Source: Daphnia carinata
Lineage: Eukaryota
DNA length: 64,000 nucleotides
Direction: 5' to 3'
Assembly (NCBI RefSeq): GCF_022539665.2
Contig: NC_081331.1
Coordinates: forward strand, 1,178,001 to 1,242,000
A program made the translations under genes and the position numbers. The stretch's first letter is position 1; each line of letters starts with the position of its first letter. This document shows, piece after piece, positions 38,801 to 53,200 of this stretch. The notes beneath the pieces are model-generated. The model was given only the letters and a program-made list of their open reading frames with translations, did not search any database and was not told the origin of the DNA.

Positions 38801-41800
38801 GGTTAAACACGTCGCGCAGCATAGGCGTATATCTGATAAAGGTACATACACACACAAAAACAAGAATTTCTTTTGTCTGCGGTTGTTTTTTACTTTAAAT
38901 ACGGAAACGCGCACAAAAAAAAAAAGACGAAAGACCACGACTTTTATGTTCCATACGTAGTCGAACATTACTTTTTCACCTTGTGCTGGCGACATGCATG
39001 CCTGTCAATCCCCAAAATCTATTTGCATGTTGAATGCTATAACTTACACACAATTACTTTTGTCGGATGTAATAGGTGACATCGAGCCAGGATTGCCATC
39101 ATTCCGGTTGCCACCATTTCAGATCGAGCGTCAAGTGGATGACGACGAAACGCAGATCCTTAATTTTACAGACATTTGCGCCGAAATTGGAGCTATGGGC
39201 ATTAGCTTGTTCCCGTTAGTCTCCATCCTCGAGCAAGTGGCTATCGCCAAAACTTATTGTAGGTTCCATCATTATGTCAAAATGATCCTCTTTTTTTCGT
39301 TATTCACTTATTATTAGCCAAGTGTGTTAAAAAAAAAAACAATGTCTGGTATTAGCGTGGACGATCTGACATTTTCATTCTTTTCTTTTCGGGTTTCCCT
39401 CTCATTGACTGGTCCGGTTGAACCTACCAATTGCGTGAATGTCGATGACCCAAGCTCACGGCAAAAGCACCGATGCCACTCAGGAGATCATCGCTCTTGG
39501 TATCGGCAATATCGCCGGTTCCTTCGTTGGAGCTATGCCCATTTCGGCCAGTTTTGGTCGCTCAGCAGTTCAGTCCTCGAGCGGTGTAAGGACTCCTATG
39601 GTCAACGTATTTTCAAGTAGGTTCTTTCTTTTTTTTTCATTACATCATCAGTCATTAGTTTTCATCAGTTCATTTTGAACAACCGGATCGATCTTCTATT
39701 GCCCATTACTTATGGCAGTTTACTTGTGTTTGTTTCATTTTCAAAGGCGGTGTAATCCTATTGGCCTTAGGTCTCCTCATGCCTGCATTCTATTATCTAC
39801 CCAAAGCCGTGCTAGCTGCCGTTGTCATCTCATCCGTCATGTTTTTGGTAGAATACGAAGAAATCAAGCCAATGTGGAAATCGAGAAGTACAGTTTTCAT
39901 AATGAAATGAATTTATTCGTGTTTCTCTGTGCTCGGTGATTGTGGGTCACCTACGGGCTCGTCAACTGCTTTTGATATTAACGATATCCAATTTAGTTTT
40001 TAAACGGTGATACAATGCTGATGTCGTGTTTTTTAAATTTCCATTCTAGGAATCGAGCTGCTTCCGCTGGTGCTGACGTTTTTCAGTTGCTTGTTGGTAA
40101 ACATGGAGTTTGGCATTATACTGGGAGCTGGCTTTCACCTGTTGCTCCTCTTGCACATGGGGAATAAGCCAAAAATCTCTGTCGGTGACATTCAGGCCAT
40201 AAATGTCATCAAAACGACGTCAGCTGATTCGACTATGGTGAGTTCATCCTGAGATCTTTCATCTTTAAAAGAAAAAAAGACTCCCATTAATTTAGAGAAA
40301 GGCCAGCCTCGTGTTTTGTCAAGTGAAAACGCACAAGGCGGGGTGGAGAGTGATCCAGTTGTTGCAACGCAACATAAACTAGAGTGCTATATAGGGGTAG
40401 TATCAAGGTGGCAATCCTCCTGACGTGCTAGTTATCCATTTTCGTACCAGTTGGTGCTTGGTCAAACGACTTCGAGGCCGATCCCGGTCCAACAACGAAA
40501 ATCAGTCCGTGAATTGGTACGCCATTTTTTTTTACCATTCTACGCGCCCATCTACGTACGTATGTTCCATGAAAAAAAAAACACGAAAACCCAAATATAT
40601 ATATGTATATATATATATCAAGTCAAATTCTACCCGTCCCCATTCAGTAGTTATTAACCCTGACTTGGTCGTTGAACGTGATATTTTTATTTGAATAACA
40701 CCCGGGCAAGAACATTTTTGTTGTTCTTTTTGCTCCAAACGGTCGCAGTTTTTCTTTCGCTTTCACAAATCGGTTTGAATAATATCTTTTCTCCGCTCTT
40801 GTATGTAGGTCAACACCTCGACCATTGAAGCCAAACGGATACGAGTGATTTGTGACCGCAGTCTGCATTTCCCCGGCATCGAGACTTACCGACAGCGCAT
40901 CAACCAGGCGATCGACGAGGAAGGCGGAGAGAAACTCACCGTCATCGCCGACATGGAACGCGTCCTCGAAGTGGATTATACGTCGCTCAAAGTAAGTTGT
41001 TGCCTAGCTTCATCGCTCATACGCAGTGACGAACGTATCCTTCACGCCTGTTCTGCCACACCCTTTGACCAAAAGAGAAAGAATGCGTTCGCGTACATCC
41101 CGTCAAGGTGAAAACGATCGGACGCTCAACTTGTACGTATACATCGTAGTTTTCATCTCTTGTGCGAGTCTCGCATCAACGAGGATGCATCATACAATGT
41201 TTTTTCCACATTTGTTCAGCGAGTGCGAGCAACCGGTTATAGAGGTTGCTTATCGAAAGACGTCACTAGACTTGAAAAAGTACGAGGGTAAACGGGCTTT
41301 CGTTATCTGAAAAAGAATAACCTTTTTCGCAATCCCACCGAAGATTATTAGGTGCCCAAGCACGAAAGATTTATGTGATCTAAAAGTAATTCACTGTTTT
41401 TTGTCGCCGACATTTTTTACGGCCGAAATTGTGGTTACACTTGCAGACCAGTTCCGTATACACAATCACATAAAACGTGTTCCATAAAGATATCGCCTGG
41501 GATATTCCAGTCCTTATCAACTTTTCCTTTCAGAGCCTTTAATTATGTGCGACATTGTTATTTCGCTTGGGTTCTCTAGCGAACTCATTTCTTTCAATGC
41601 TGGCCTTTGATAGAAGCTGTGGCCTTACAAATTGCTCGATGGCTTATTGCTTGTTATGTGCATGTTAGTTGTTGCGCTTAGCTTTCTAACTGTCTTCTAG
41701 AATGTCTATATTAGCTACAATTGTTTAACTGATAAAAAAAAGTAGTTAGTATAGTATTAAAAAAGGCGTCAAACCAGTTTCCGGTGAATGAATAATCCAA

Positions 41801-42091
41801 ACACTTTGCTTGTGACCTGATCAATAAAAGTAGTCTTGTTTGTTTTTGTTGCATAATCCGTTGGTTTTTTTTTGTGCTTGTTTCGAAAAAACAAAACAAT
41901 GGGTTTTCTAAAAAATCGTTCTTTCTTTTGTATTGCAGGTACTCAAGTGTATGCACGCTGACTTACAGAAGCGAGAACACACACTTATTTTTGACAAAGC
42001 CAACGAGGTTCTTCAACAGCATCTGACGACGGCTATGGAGATTCCCGTATCGGCGTTCATACAAATAACCCGTCACAATATAACCGTCTAG
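35859..42091 (+). CDS. SLC26A11-like sodium-independent sulfate/anion transporter with STAS domain, paralog A
   Basis: LYRRLPFLSWITKY...DANAGMAVSLTAIPQTIGYAAVAGLP, FIVDLISAPVISGFCSAAAL, ILEQVAIAK, DATQEIIALG, SASFGRSAV, LLVNMEFGI, STAS CDRSLHFPGI...EVDYTSLK. Last exon 41939-42091. A first exon 35859-35947 splices in frame (phase 2) to the acceptor at 36084; otherwise the start is 36095. Confidence 0.9.
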
Positions 42092-44482
42092 TGTTTTAAA
42101 ATTGAATCTATTTTATAATTGTGTGCACTAACTGTGCTACTTACAGAGTTGCTTCCGATAAAAAAAAGTCGATTTCAAGCGCTCAAATCTCGTGTGCTGA
42201 CGGTGCGTTGTTTTCTCCCCCTCTGAAGTGCAAGTTCCTGCGATAGAGTATGTTACGTATTTTATACGAAAAGACGATGGTTTCTGTGTTCTTTATATCA
42301 AATTGAAAGTTGAAATGTATAATACAGTGAAAATTGACGGTATCCTGTTTCACCTCGTTGTTTTTGTTTTTCGAGTTTCCTCTACATTAGTTAGCAAGCT
42401 CATTTAAACAAACCCCAAGGCTGTCGTTAGTTATCCCATAGCCTTGTTGTCAATGGTACAAACACGAGCTTTTGGGTGGGAAACAAATGTATTACCAAAA
42501 TTTACCAAGAAGCCGAAATTGAATAGTCCGAATGGCTGCTGGTGTTGAAACGCCAAAGAATTTTTTTTTCCCTCGGCTGGGTAAATTGAGTTACACGCTT
42601 TCTTTAGTATACTTTGTTAATAGATATGAGACGACAAATAGACACCAAAATAAGTGGTTTCTCTCCCAGATATGACGCACTGTTATATCTGCGATACAAA
42701 ACAGACTTACGTAATCCATGTGAACATTTTCAAGGACTCTTACAATATGGATCTCTAGCAATATTTTTTGTTACAAATTCAAAAACAATGATAAAGAAGA
42801 CGAATGATTTTAGAAAACGAGATTCTGCAAGGTTTCCGAAATATATTCAATAAAACATGACTGCAACAGGGGGTTTGCATTGGCTATGAAGGTCATGATG
42901 TTGCTCGACGGAGAAACCGCCGTTTGCTTTCAATCATCAATCTTATTTTGGAACAGTCTGTTTGCCTGATTTTTGTTTTGTTCAAGATAGCAAACTTGGA
43001 GCCATTAAAGGTGTATAATCTTTGATCGGTAGACATTTGTCTGTTGTTTTATCGTAAATATTCAAGGTTCAGGCTGTGCGTTACACTTTCGATAACGAAG
43101 CTCAATCGAATGGCCAATAAAAAGTCTATAAATTGGAGATTGTCATGACGATACGAGTGGAGGTGTGAAGTGTCGCAAAGGAAAATCCGACTTGTTCCAG
43201 ATTACATCCAGTTAGGATCGGTTTTTGTTTTGAACGTGAAGATACGCAAATCTCTAGATGGTAAAAACCCCGATAATGATGACTACGAAAGTACGGACGA
43301 GGGCAAGCGATTGCTCTATATCTAAAAGGCGAGTGTCCAAATCGTCCTCAGTCGGTTAATGTTGAGCCTCCTGAACTAATGGCGCATAGGCTGACAAGCT
43401 GCTTTCGCATTTACGCTTAATTTTTAGGCATCGAATAGGTTTTCTATTTGATTTAGTAAAGCTTTCATTGGTAGACTCAAGTTTCATAGCGAGCTGTAAA
43501 AATGCCAGCCACTTTTACAACAATGGGACGTTTTGACTCCGCAATAGAATGCGGCTCACGCGAAGAAGCTGAAGTGTTGATGGCCTCGTCAGCTCCGACT
43601 GGCACGACGGATCAAGGTGAGATGATTCGTTTGTTGCAACCTAAATTTCAGCCCGACGGGCACAAAAGAATCTGATTCTAAGGTCGTTTCGTGACCCACC
43701 CACCCACCGCAACCCTCTCCACCCCTTTCTGATGCATTGGCATGATGATGACTGCGTGCATTTTGCCTCAAAATGTCATCACCTAAGGCATTTAGATTCA
43801 TTCATCGTTCCAGTAGATGGCGTTTTATTTCGCCAGGGTTGAAATTCAGATGACCGCTGACGATCTAAACAGGTTTGCGAGTGGTCAAACGAGTTCTCAT
43901 GTCGTTTGTTTGTTTCTCTCTGCAAGTTGCCGTAAGCAAAAAGCTTCATCGTAACTGGTTTTTTGCACGGGATTTTAACGTTTCGATCGCATTACTCGAG
44001 AGAGTCGCCAACACCGTGCACCGATTTCTTTTTCAACTTGAAACCGATTTCAATTGATTGGCCTTGGTTTGTGGGCACTGAGTGAAATTATTACATTTCA
44101 TAGGCTTACACGTAATTCTGTTGCGGTCCACTGTCCACACACCCTTGACATTTCCGCTTCCGTATTTCTGCCTTGCGTTCAACAATTACTCCACCGTTCT
44201 TAAGGTACCTGAAAGTTGCTGAATGGCGCCAGTTGTGTACGTCGTTCACTGCGGGAAGTACCGTTTTCTAGTCTCGTAACTAGAACGCTCTTCGGTTTTC
44301 CAAACAAACTCGTGCCAGACATGTTTCTTTAACACCTTATGTTCATAAATCTAGATCAAGTGTTTTTTTACTGTGCGCGATATTGCTTTGATTTGAAAAA
44401 AAAAATATTCGATAAAATTTCTCTCCAAAAAACGAAGTATTCTCTATTCGGATTAATTTCTTCAGGAGCCTACCGCCTCAAC

Positions 44483-47261
44483 ATGAATAATAAAATTGGC
44501 GATTCGTCCCTCCAACTGTCGTTCTCATTCGACGACAAGAAAAATAGAGAGACCTCGTTCCAGATGGACCCGGGATCCGTCAGCTCCGCGTCATCCGAGA
44601 GGAGTGTGTCGTGGTCGGAAGGTGGCGGATCAGCCGAGGACCACATAGACAAGGACGCCTCCTTTGGCCAGCAGATGGTGACCCGAGCTAAAAGACGCAT
44701 CCGTAAATCGTGCACTACCAAATTACTTAAACGTCGTTTGCCCATCATCGAGTGGCTACCCAAGTACACGATACAATCGCTCTTCCATGACTGCATGGCC
44801 GGCTTCACTGTTGCTCTTACAGCTATTCCGCAAGGCATCGCTTATGGAGCAGTCGCTGGAGTGCCTGTTGAGGTATGTCTTGTTTTGTTTTGTTTTTTGA
44901 ACATTTTTCAAGTGTAAGTTCCTTGTTCAAGTATCAGTAAAGAGTTCACTTCATGCTTTAAATAAAACAGTTCGGGTTATACACTGCGTTTGCTGGACCC
45001 TTCATCTATGCGCTGCTGGGCTCCGTCAGTCAAATTACTATGGGCCCTACAGCGGTCATGGCTCTCATGACCCACCAGTATGTTCAGCTTGGAGGTGCCC
45101 CTTATGCAATTATTCTCTCGTTCGTCTCCGGATGCATAGAGCTGTTAGCTGGACTGCTTAACCTAGGTACAATGTCGTTCGTCCAGTTATTGGGTTGTTC
45201 ACCTGTCAACGGCTGGTGAACTAATGATACCCCCCCCCCCCCTATCGATATTATGATGCTAATTGCTTGGATAAAACAGGATTCATAATGGATTTTATAT
45301 CGGCACCGGTTATATCGGGCTTTTGTTCAGCGGCCGCCGTCACCGTTATTCTTTCTCAATTTAAGACCATTCTTGGTTTGTCGTTTCGCGGCTCGACTTT
45401 CACGAAAGTCCTTCCAGGAATTTTTAAGTATTGGAGAAGTATTCGTGTGTGGGACGCTGTGCTAGGATTCGTCTTCATTGCTTTCCTAATGCTGCTCAAG
45501 GTAGGAGAAATATTTTCCAAACTTTGTCGATTAGAGAAAAATGGACCGTCTATTTCGCATGCAAAATGAAGCGCTAAAACTGGTGTTGTTGCGTAGAATC
45601 TCACACTCGTCAAGAAGTGGTTCAACGCTGGCTGCTGTCTTCATAACCCTTGTGTAGAAAAGGCTTTGTGGTTTGTGTCAACGTGTCGTAACGCCTTAGC
45701 GGTCATTCTCGGCTGTGTGATAGCGTACGTGTTCGAAATCTATGGTAACCGACCATTCCAGTTGCTAGGTGAGTAATGTCAACCATTTGAACGGAAGAAT
45801 GGCTGTTACGAAAAATATTCTATTTCCCAAAACGATAGGTGAAGTCAAGTGCGGCATTCCGAATTTCCAAATTCCACCTTTCAGCTTTGAACGTCCAGAT
45901 GAGGAATTTGTACCATCCAACTGGACGGACTCTGATTCGGACAATCAAACTTCTTACGATCTCGTGACATTTCCCGAAATCCTTAAAGACATGGGACCAG
46001 GGATGATATTGGTTCCCGTTATTGCAATTCTCGAACAAGTCGCCATCGCCAAAGCATTCAGTAAGAAAACGTTTTTTTTTTTATTTCTTTTTATTTGTTT
46101 TGGATGCCACGGGAATTCTTACGAGGAATGAACTTGTTCGTGTTTTTGCACAGGCAATGGGGCGAAAACCGATTCGACGCAGGAAATGATCGCTGTGGGA
46201 GCCGGTTCGATTTTCTGCTCTTTTTTCGGCTGCATCCCACTGACAGCTTCCTTTTCTCGGAGTTCCGTGCTATCCGCATCTGGTGGAAAAACGCAATTTG
46301 CAAGTTTAATCAATGGTAAAAATATCTAGTTTTTTATTGCTCCAAGTGGCATGCCGTGGTTACAACATTTGTGACATTTACTTCTGGTTCCAGGTTGTGT
46401 GGTTCTGTTTGCTTTGGCTTTCTTGATGCCCACGTTTTACTTCATTCCCAAATCTATCCTTGGAGCCGTGATCATCACTGCCGTCTATCCCATGATAGAA
46501 TACCACGAAATTCCCTCTTTATGGCGAGGACGACGTAAGGCTCTCTCGTTCGTTTACAACTAAAGCCGGCGAAATTTTTAATTTGCTTTTTTGCTACCCC
46601 CGTTGCTTGATGAAGGAATTGAACTGTTTCCATTCATCACCACTTTCCTTTGCTGTTTGTTAATTAACATGGAATACGGCATTCTCATTGGCGCTCAGAT
46701 GCATTTGTTAATGTTGGCATATGAAGGCAGCCGGTCGAAGTCTACTTTAACGCGCTACAAGGTAAAACGCATAATCATTTCACGTCTTGGCAAAAAAATA
46801 AGGGGAGTGTTTGTGCTAATGACAATTAACGCAACAGGAAGCTGACGAGGAACGTGTCGTTTTGCAAGCGGACCGCAACCTCTATTTCCCGTCGGTGGAG
46901 CGATTTCGCAACGCGTTGACCAAAGTGTCCATCGACGTCGAAACGAAAAACCGAGTCGTTGTTCTGGATATGGGAAGGGTCAATCAGATTGATCACACCA
47001 CACTCAAGGTAAAACTATTTTTGCTTAAAATGGCGATGGCTTGTGTCAACTTTGTTGGAGAACTCTATTTTATTCATGTTCTCAAACCAGATGCTGCAAT
47101 CCATTTTGGCAGCATGGGATAAAAAGGAGGAGAAATATTGTTTCGCCAATGTCAGCGATCATCTCAAGCGAGTTTTGAGTTCAATTCTACCGAAAGGTGT
47201 ACCGATGTCTCGTCCAGTTCTTCCATCTACGGATACTACAATTTCCTTCGGTAAGATATAA
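44483..47261 (+). CDS. SLC26A11-like anion transporter with STAS domain, paralog B (3' end ambiguous)
   Basis: LKRRLPIIEWLPKY...DCMAGFTVALTAIPQGIAYGAVAGVP, FIMDFISAPVISGFCSAAAV, ILEQVAIAKAF, DSTQEMIAVG, TASFSRSSV, STAS ADRNLYFPSVERF...IDHTTLK. A GTAAG donor at 47251 may lead to a further last exon at about 47373-47487. Confidence 0.9.
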
Positions 47262-50200
47262 AAAGGGACCTTGCATGTTCATTTAGTGTGATGACCATGT
47301 GTGGATGTGCGAGTTTTCACTTGATGGTTATTTGCTTGTTTGTTTTTGTTTTCCTTTTCCGCCTTGTTCTAGTTCCCTAGAGAAAATGCGGAGCGTGAAA
47401 AGCGGACGCGGAACTGCAGTAGTGGTCAAATGGGATGAAATGAATCAAATCAAATCAAAGTTTTTATTTTCCCGTGCTATTAATTAATGTTTATCTCTCG
47501 TTTGCTAATTATGAATGTTGGAGCGAGTAAGCACTCGGTCTGAATGTTTTTTTAAAATGTAAATATTGGTCAATGTGCTAAAACTCATCACTTGTTTTGT
47601 GTCATGTGACCGTTCGGAGTTGGTTCTTTATTTACTGAGCGTTTATGCCATTCAATACACGGAGATTTTTCTCTACTTTCGTTGGACATTTTATCTTAAT
47701 CAAGTTATCAGTTAATGGATCTTTTTCATTGCAAGGCGGATGTGAAAAACTAACGGAATAAGAGCTCGAGGACAGAAATGTTTTCAAATTCAGTTACGGT
47801 CTATTTCGCATTACACGTGTAGATCCCTGAAAAAAATTTAACGACAGTCCCTGGCCATTTTCGTGTTGTTTGTATACAACATGACTTCACAATTTTTCTT
47901 AAGTTCAGAAGAAAAAAATGAAACGCTTGAATTTTAGGAGGAAAAGAGTTTGAAGGCCGCCCAAACCAGTTATACACGCAGTGGCTGGCGTGCGGGCAAA
48001 GCCCTATTGCATTAGGTGTACCCAGCATAGCCTATAGGACAATCAGGCAAGAAATGCCTTTCGGAAACGACCTTGGGACGTGACGGTGGCGTGATTCTTG
48101 AATTTCAACAGAAAACAGACGTCAGACGTGGTTTCCTTTCTTCATCCTCAGTTTTTATTTTCGACCTCTTCACGCCCATTTGGTTGTGAAAATGTCTTAT
48201 AGAGTAATACCATGCACTGTCGGGCGCGTGAATGAATGCCATTGAAAAAAAAAACGAAAGTATTACTAGAGCGGCGTATCCGGTTTTTACGGTGAAACAA
48301 TAGCACCTGAAATAGCGAGCAAACAGGAAGCGCATTTGAATGTTCATTTATTTGTTTGGCCATCAAGTATCCGTGTCGTTGAACTGCAAACTGATGTAAA
48401 TGACTGGCGTTAATTGAACGCAACGGGCCTTCACGGGAGCGAAGGCTCGAAGGGCTTTTCCCTTCCAAGTTTGCAGGTCATCAAGAAGTAAAAAAAAAAG
48501 GAATTTCGATGCGCTTTGTGAACTTTGTAAAACTGGTTTAGCGTTTTGATTCGAGAATTCTCCAATAACCTAAAAAAGCTTGAGGTCAATTTTGCGCCAC
48601 AGTATTGCTTGACCGGAATTTCGCTAAATTGCCTTCACCCTACATTTCACCTTTGGGGAATGACGCTTGATATGAACTGCGATGACAAGGAAGCGGGGCA
48701 CGAGCTTCTAGAAAGTTGTTTTCACGAAAGTGTAACACAAAAGTAGAAACATTGTAGGCCAAACGTTATGTATGCCATCCAAAATCTTGTGGCAGCTTTC
48801 CATACGAAGCCTAGCCATATGAGGAAGGAAAAAAAGCGCATTAAATCTCATCCTAGACATCTAGTGAGTACGTCAGAATATTCTGCGGGAATGGCGTCAG
48901 GCGACCACGCCCTGAAATTAGCCTTTAGCCTTCAGTTCTGACAATTCGGAGTAGAAGATCGTTTACGGAAAAAGATGCCAATAAAGCCATTCTTAATACA
49001 AATGTCATGCAAATGCATAACGCGACAAGATTCGCAAATCCCTTAAATGAACTTGAGACTGGTTTTGGGGCCTTGGATTACCGAAATTGCACCAACTCAA
49101 AAAATAAAAACAAACTGAAGCTCGACGGTTCCCCGCAATAATTCTTGGAAATTGATTCTAAAAACGGACTGTAGCGATTGTGGTCTGCTCATTCCAGTCT
49201 TAGAGCTCTTCCAAGGTTATGGTTTGGGAGAAGCAACCTTCCAATAGGGAATCTACCATTGAAAGTCATTGCTGCGATGGGGTTACTTCTCCGGAAGAAT
49301 CCGAGGTCGTCAAGAACGAGCCACAGAAATATCAAATTATCTGGTAAGAAAATTGTCGAGCACATACAAATTTATTCCGCCATTTGCGCACGAGCTTAGC
49401 CAGTTTCATCTGTTATTTGTCGCTTTTTTTTTGGTTAGTTATTTAAAATAATAAATCTGCCTATTGCGATTATGTGGCCGGAATGACCGTAACGCTTGCG
49501 GCTTTTCCACAAGCCAACGCCCATGGAGCCGCCGCTGGTGGCCTTTTGGTGCAGGGAACGCTTTACGTGTTTTTATGGTTACATTGTTTTTATTTGCTAT
49601 TTTTGTTTCTTATAGGTGCTATAAATTACTGCCTTCGGTACGCTCTATTTAAGGTTTTTGGATGAGCGTTTTTTGTTTCCCTTCATTTTGTATTGGGTTC
49701 CGTGAGTCCCTGCCCCGGCCAACCCCGAGGTGGTCCTAAATGCTTTACGATTATTATGAATGCGTGTTTAAGGGTAAGGCTATCCTGTTCACCTTTTTGG
49801 ATAGTGGCATATTTGGAACGGCATTGATCGCCGACTCTCTCTCAGTTTGAGCACGGCAGTTTTAAAAAATCGTGAATGCTATTTTTGCATCGGGTTTCGT
49901 GCGGATTGTCGTGTCTTCTAAACCCTATCCACTTCGCACTCTCCCTTTGCTTTTCGTAAACAAACTTTCGGTTTAAAACACGAAACATTTCCGGGGTTCT
50001 TCGCGATATGGTTCTTCCACGAACGTAAGGAAATTAACTGGCCATTCACGCGTAAGAGGCAGAACTTTCTTCCTTATTGTCCTGTAATTTCTTTTGAAAG
50101 TAGCTGTAAACGCATTGTTCACAATTTTTATAAGCTCTAAAACGAAACAAAGGGAAAGAATTATATGCGAGAGCAACTTTTATATCACTTACTTCAATGA

Positions 50201-53200
50201 AATTAATTAAGAATAGGACGTAGATCTAAAGCATTCGGTGCCTTCTGTATCGTGCCGTCAAAAAAGAAATAGTTTTGCTGGTTCATTCAACTTGATGAAA
50301 TGCCTTAGCGTCGTTTATGCATGCTGGTCTATTCGACAGACGAATTGGCTATCACGGTGACATTAAGAAAGTCGCTGTTATTCTAACAATGATTTCTATG
50401 CATTATTCATTACCCATGTCATTTCTACGACTACCAAAATGCAAGCTCGTGTCGTTCGCAGCAGGTTGCACCTGCCAATTCACGTGGCCATTGCGGGGTG
50501 GGGACCACAAGCGTTCATCAGCTCAGCTACGTAACCTTGGGCAACGCGTTAAGATGTCAAAGCTAGACTTGCCCTCGTGCCGGTTATGACCATATTTGTG
50601 CAAATTGTAATCGTTCAAACCAGTAAAATGAATACGACGAAATGAATCAGTAACATTGGGGACTTATGGTTTTATGCTGGACCTTGTTCTAGACCATTGA
50701 ACAAGCTTCAAGAGCTGGCCCACTTTGTTTGGGTGAATATCACTTCCAGTTCTTCTGAATCAGCCCTGGCTCTGCAGCACCTGACCACAAATGAATGTTG
50801 CTTATGGTTAGATCATTGAAATTAATGTCGGTGGATAATTCTTGAGAAGTAAGTGTTAAGATGCTATGATCGTAGCCGTCATCTTGTGCGTTCTGGATTC
50901 CGGAACTAGTAAGTTTGTTACCGAACGAACGCTAATAACGTCCTACTCGCACAATGTTGGGGTTCCTCGATCAATTGATAATTCACCGATAGTGCGCCTT
51001 TCATTGAAATGGATGAGCGGATCTGTCGAATCCAACTTGGAAGCTTTTGCGTACACCATGATATGATATGACCCCATTTAAAGTTTGATAAAGCTATTTC
51101 TACTTCATAACAATATTTCGTCACGTAGCCTAAAGCAATGCCGACAACGCTAAGATGACGCTGATGTTGTAACGCTTGCCTTATTCGATACCAAGGTCTA
51201 AACTGCATAGTTTAATAACAAAGTTGTTTTTCTCTGCAGTAGAGTTGTCGAAGGAATCCAATTGTACATCCAGCTAAAATAATAAAATCAAATAGTTGCC
51301 CATTTTGGGCTATCGCTGCCGTGACTTACGTATTCAGCTTCCGTGGAATGTACGAAGCTACTGATTGATAGCCTACATCAATCAGAATTTAATTCAGAGG
51401 TAGAATCGGTGCTTTGGTTACTTTTACAGATCATGTGCACGCAGTATTGGCTGAAATGAAGCACCTTCTTTTATCTTTCGAAGAAAATAGGGCTTTTATT
51501 TCACTTGAGTTTCTCATGTGAAACACAAATAGTTTATGACGGCATTCAAATGTTGACATTCACACATTCTCGTTACTTTACCTCCTTCTTGACAACAAGT
51601 ATTTCTTGTTATTTATCCTGTGCCATGCTCCAGAGTGAAAGTGAATGGATTGAATTGTGCACATAACGTACGAAAGTAAAAGAACAAGCTTTTGTGACGT
51701 GCTGTCGTTCCTAATTTTCGTCACAGATATTCGCATGACTAAGTAGTGAAAACATGAAATACAACCACGTCCTCTTCATTAGATCGCTAGAAACCAAAAT
51801 ATCTTACCCAACCTGTTAACTGACTATTGTTTCGGATAAGTGACATTTCAAAAAAAGTTTTGCTTCTTTAGGTCAATGTTTTGCTATTTTTCTTACCATT
51901 GCCGTCCTTTTTATTATTGTACAAAAACGCAAACGAAAAAACGCAAAAAGCATATTTTCGGGATGAACATTGTATCTCCAGAAAAGAAAGTTTTGATGCA
52001 CGGAATTAACTGTTAGCACTTACATAGCTAAAAGTTAATTACTGGTTATAAGGTACAATTGGGTTTCTAATGAGCTAGACGTCATGTCTGGAAAATTGGG
52101 ATTAGGACAGTAAAAAGGAAAATAAGGTGGAGTAAAGAAAAGGTATCAAATAACATGCAAAAAGAAAAGAAGAAAACAAAAGGGGAAAAAGCTCAGAAAA
52201 GTAAAGAAATAGATTCAACCTTTAGATGTAGAAAGATAGGAAGGCACTTTTGATAATTCAGTTAGTCGTGATACTTTTGGTTTAAAAATAAATACAGTTT
52301 GAGTGGGTTCCATCGGCTGTGCTAGCTTATAAGAATTAAGCCCCTCATCAGCTGTCATTGGATTGGAGCATCCCACTGTAAAGGGCACTGAAGAAGGAAG
52401 TAAAATTTTAGAAATTTAGGGCATTGTGATGTTTCCCTTCAACACCAAATGTACTACATGTATGACATAAATTATTAATTTTTATTTATGGAAAATCATA
52501 GATTTAGCTGGAATGGAACGTGGGTTTAAGCCTTTGCGGGGGAGTTTCTCAAGACACATGGTAACAAATGAGACAAAAATAGGACATAACGAACATCCCC
52601 TTGATTGTCTCAAAGCTATCCAGTAAACTACTGTGGTAAATGAATCAATACACACTAACGAATGTGCTGTCTCCTTTCATTTCCATTGATGGTCACTTCT
52701 ATTTATAAACACATCAAGTGTATAAAGTGGCATGGAGGATACAGAGCCACTAGTATCATGTCTTGATAGGCCTGGCCAATTTTCTTTCATTGATCTCGAC
52801 TTTTTTTTCAAATTAAACTCTCTACGCGGAAGCTTGCACTGCGCAACTGCCGATGTGGTGTGAAGAGAGGCAAATGGTAATTCAAAAAGAAAAAAAAAAG
52901 AAGCCGGCTCTGCCGGAGGATCAACTCCCGTCCCACGGAAATTGCCCAGTTGCAGAGGTATCACCGACAGGTTGTATTATACTGGTAAGTGAGTCCATTC
53001 AAGGATACTTAGATTTTGTGAAGCGGCGTTACTGAAAACGTTCCTGGGTGTCAGTTCACTCACAGAAACGTACCTGGAACGAACAGGTACCATAAAGAAA
53101 GATATAGTGTTTAATGGTGTTGGAAAAGTTTTGATTTTCACGTTTTTTTTTTCAACTATAGAAATGTTAAAATTGTAAAGCATTTCCATTTGTGAACGGT

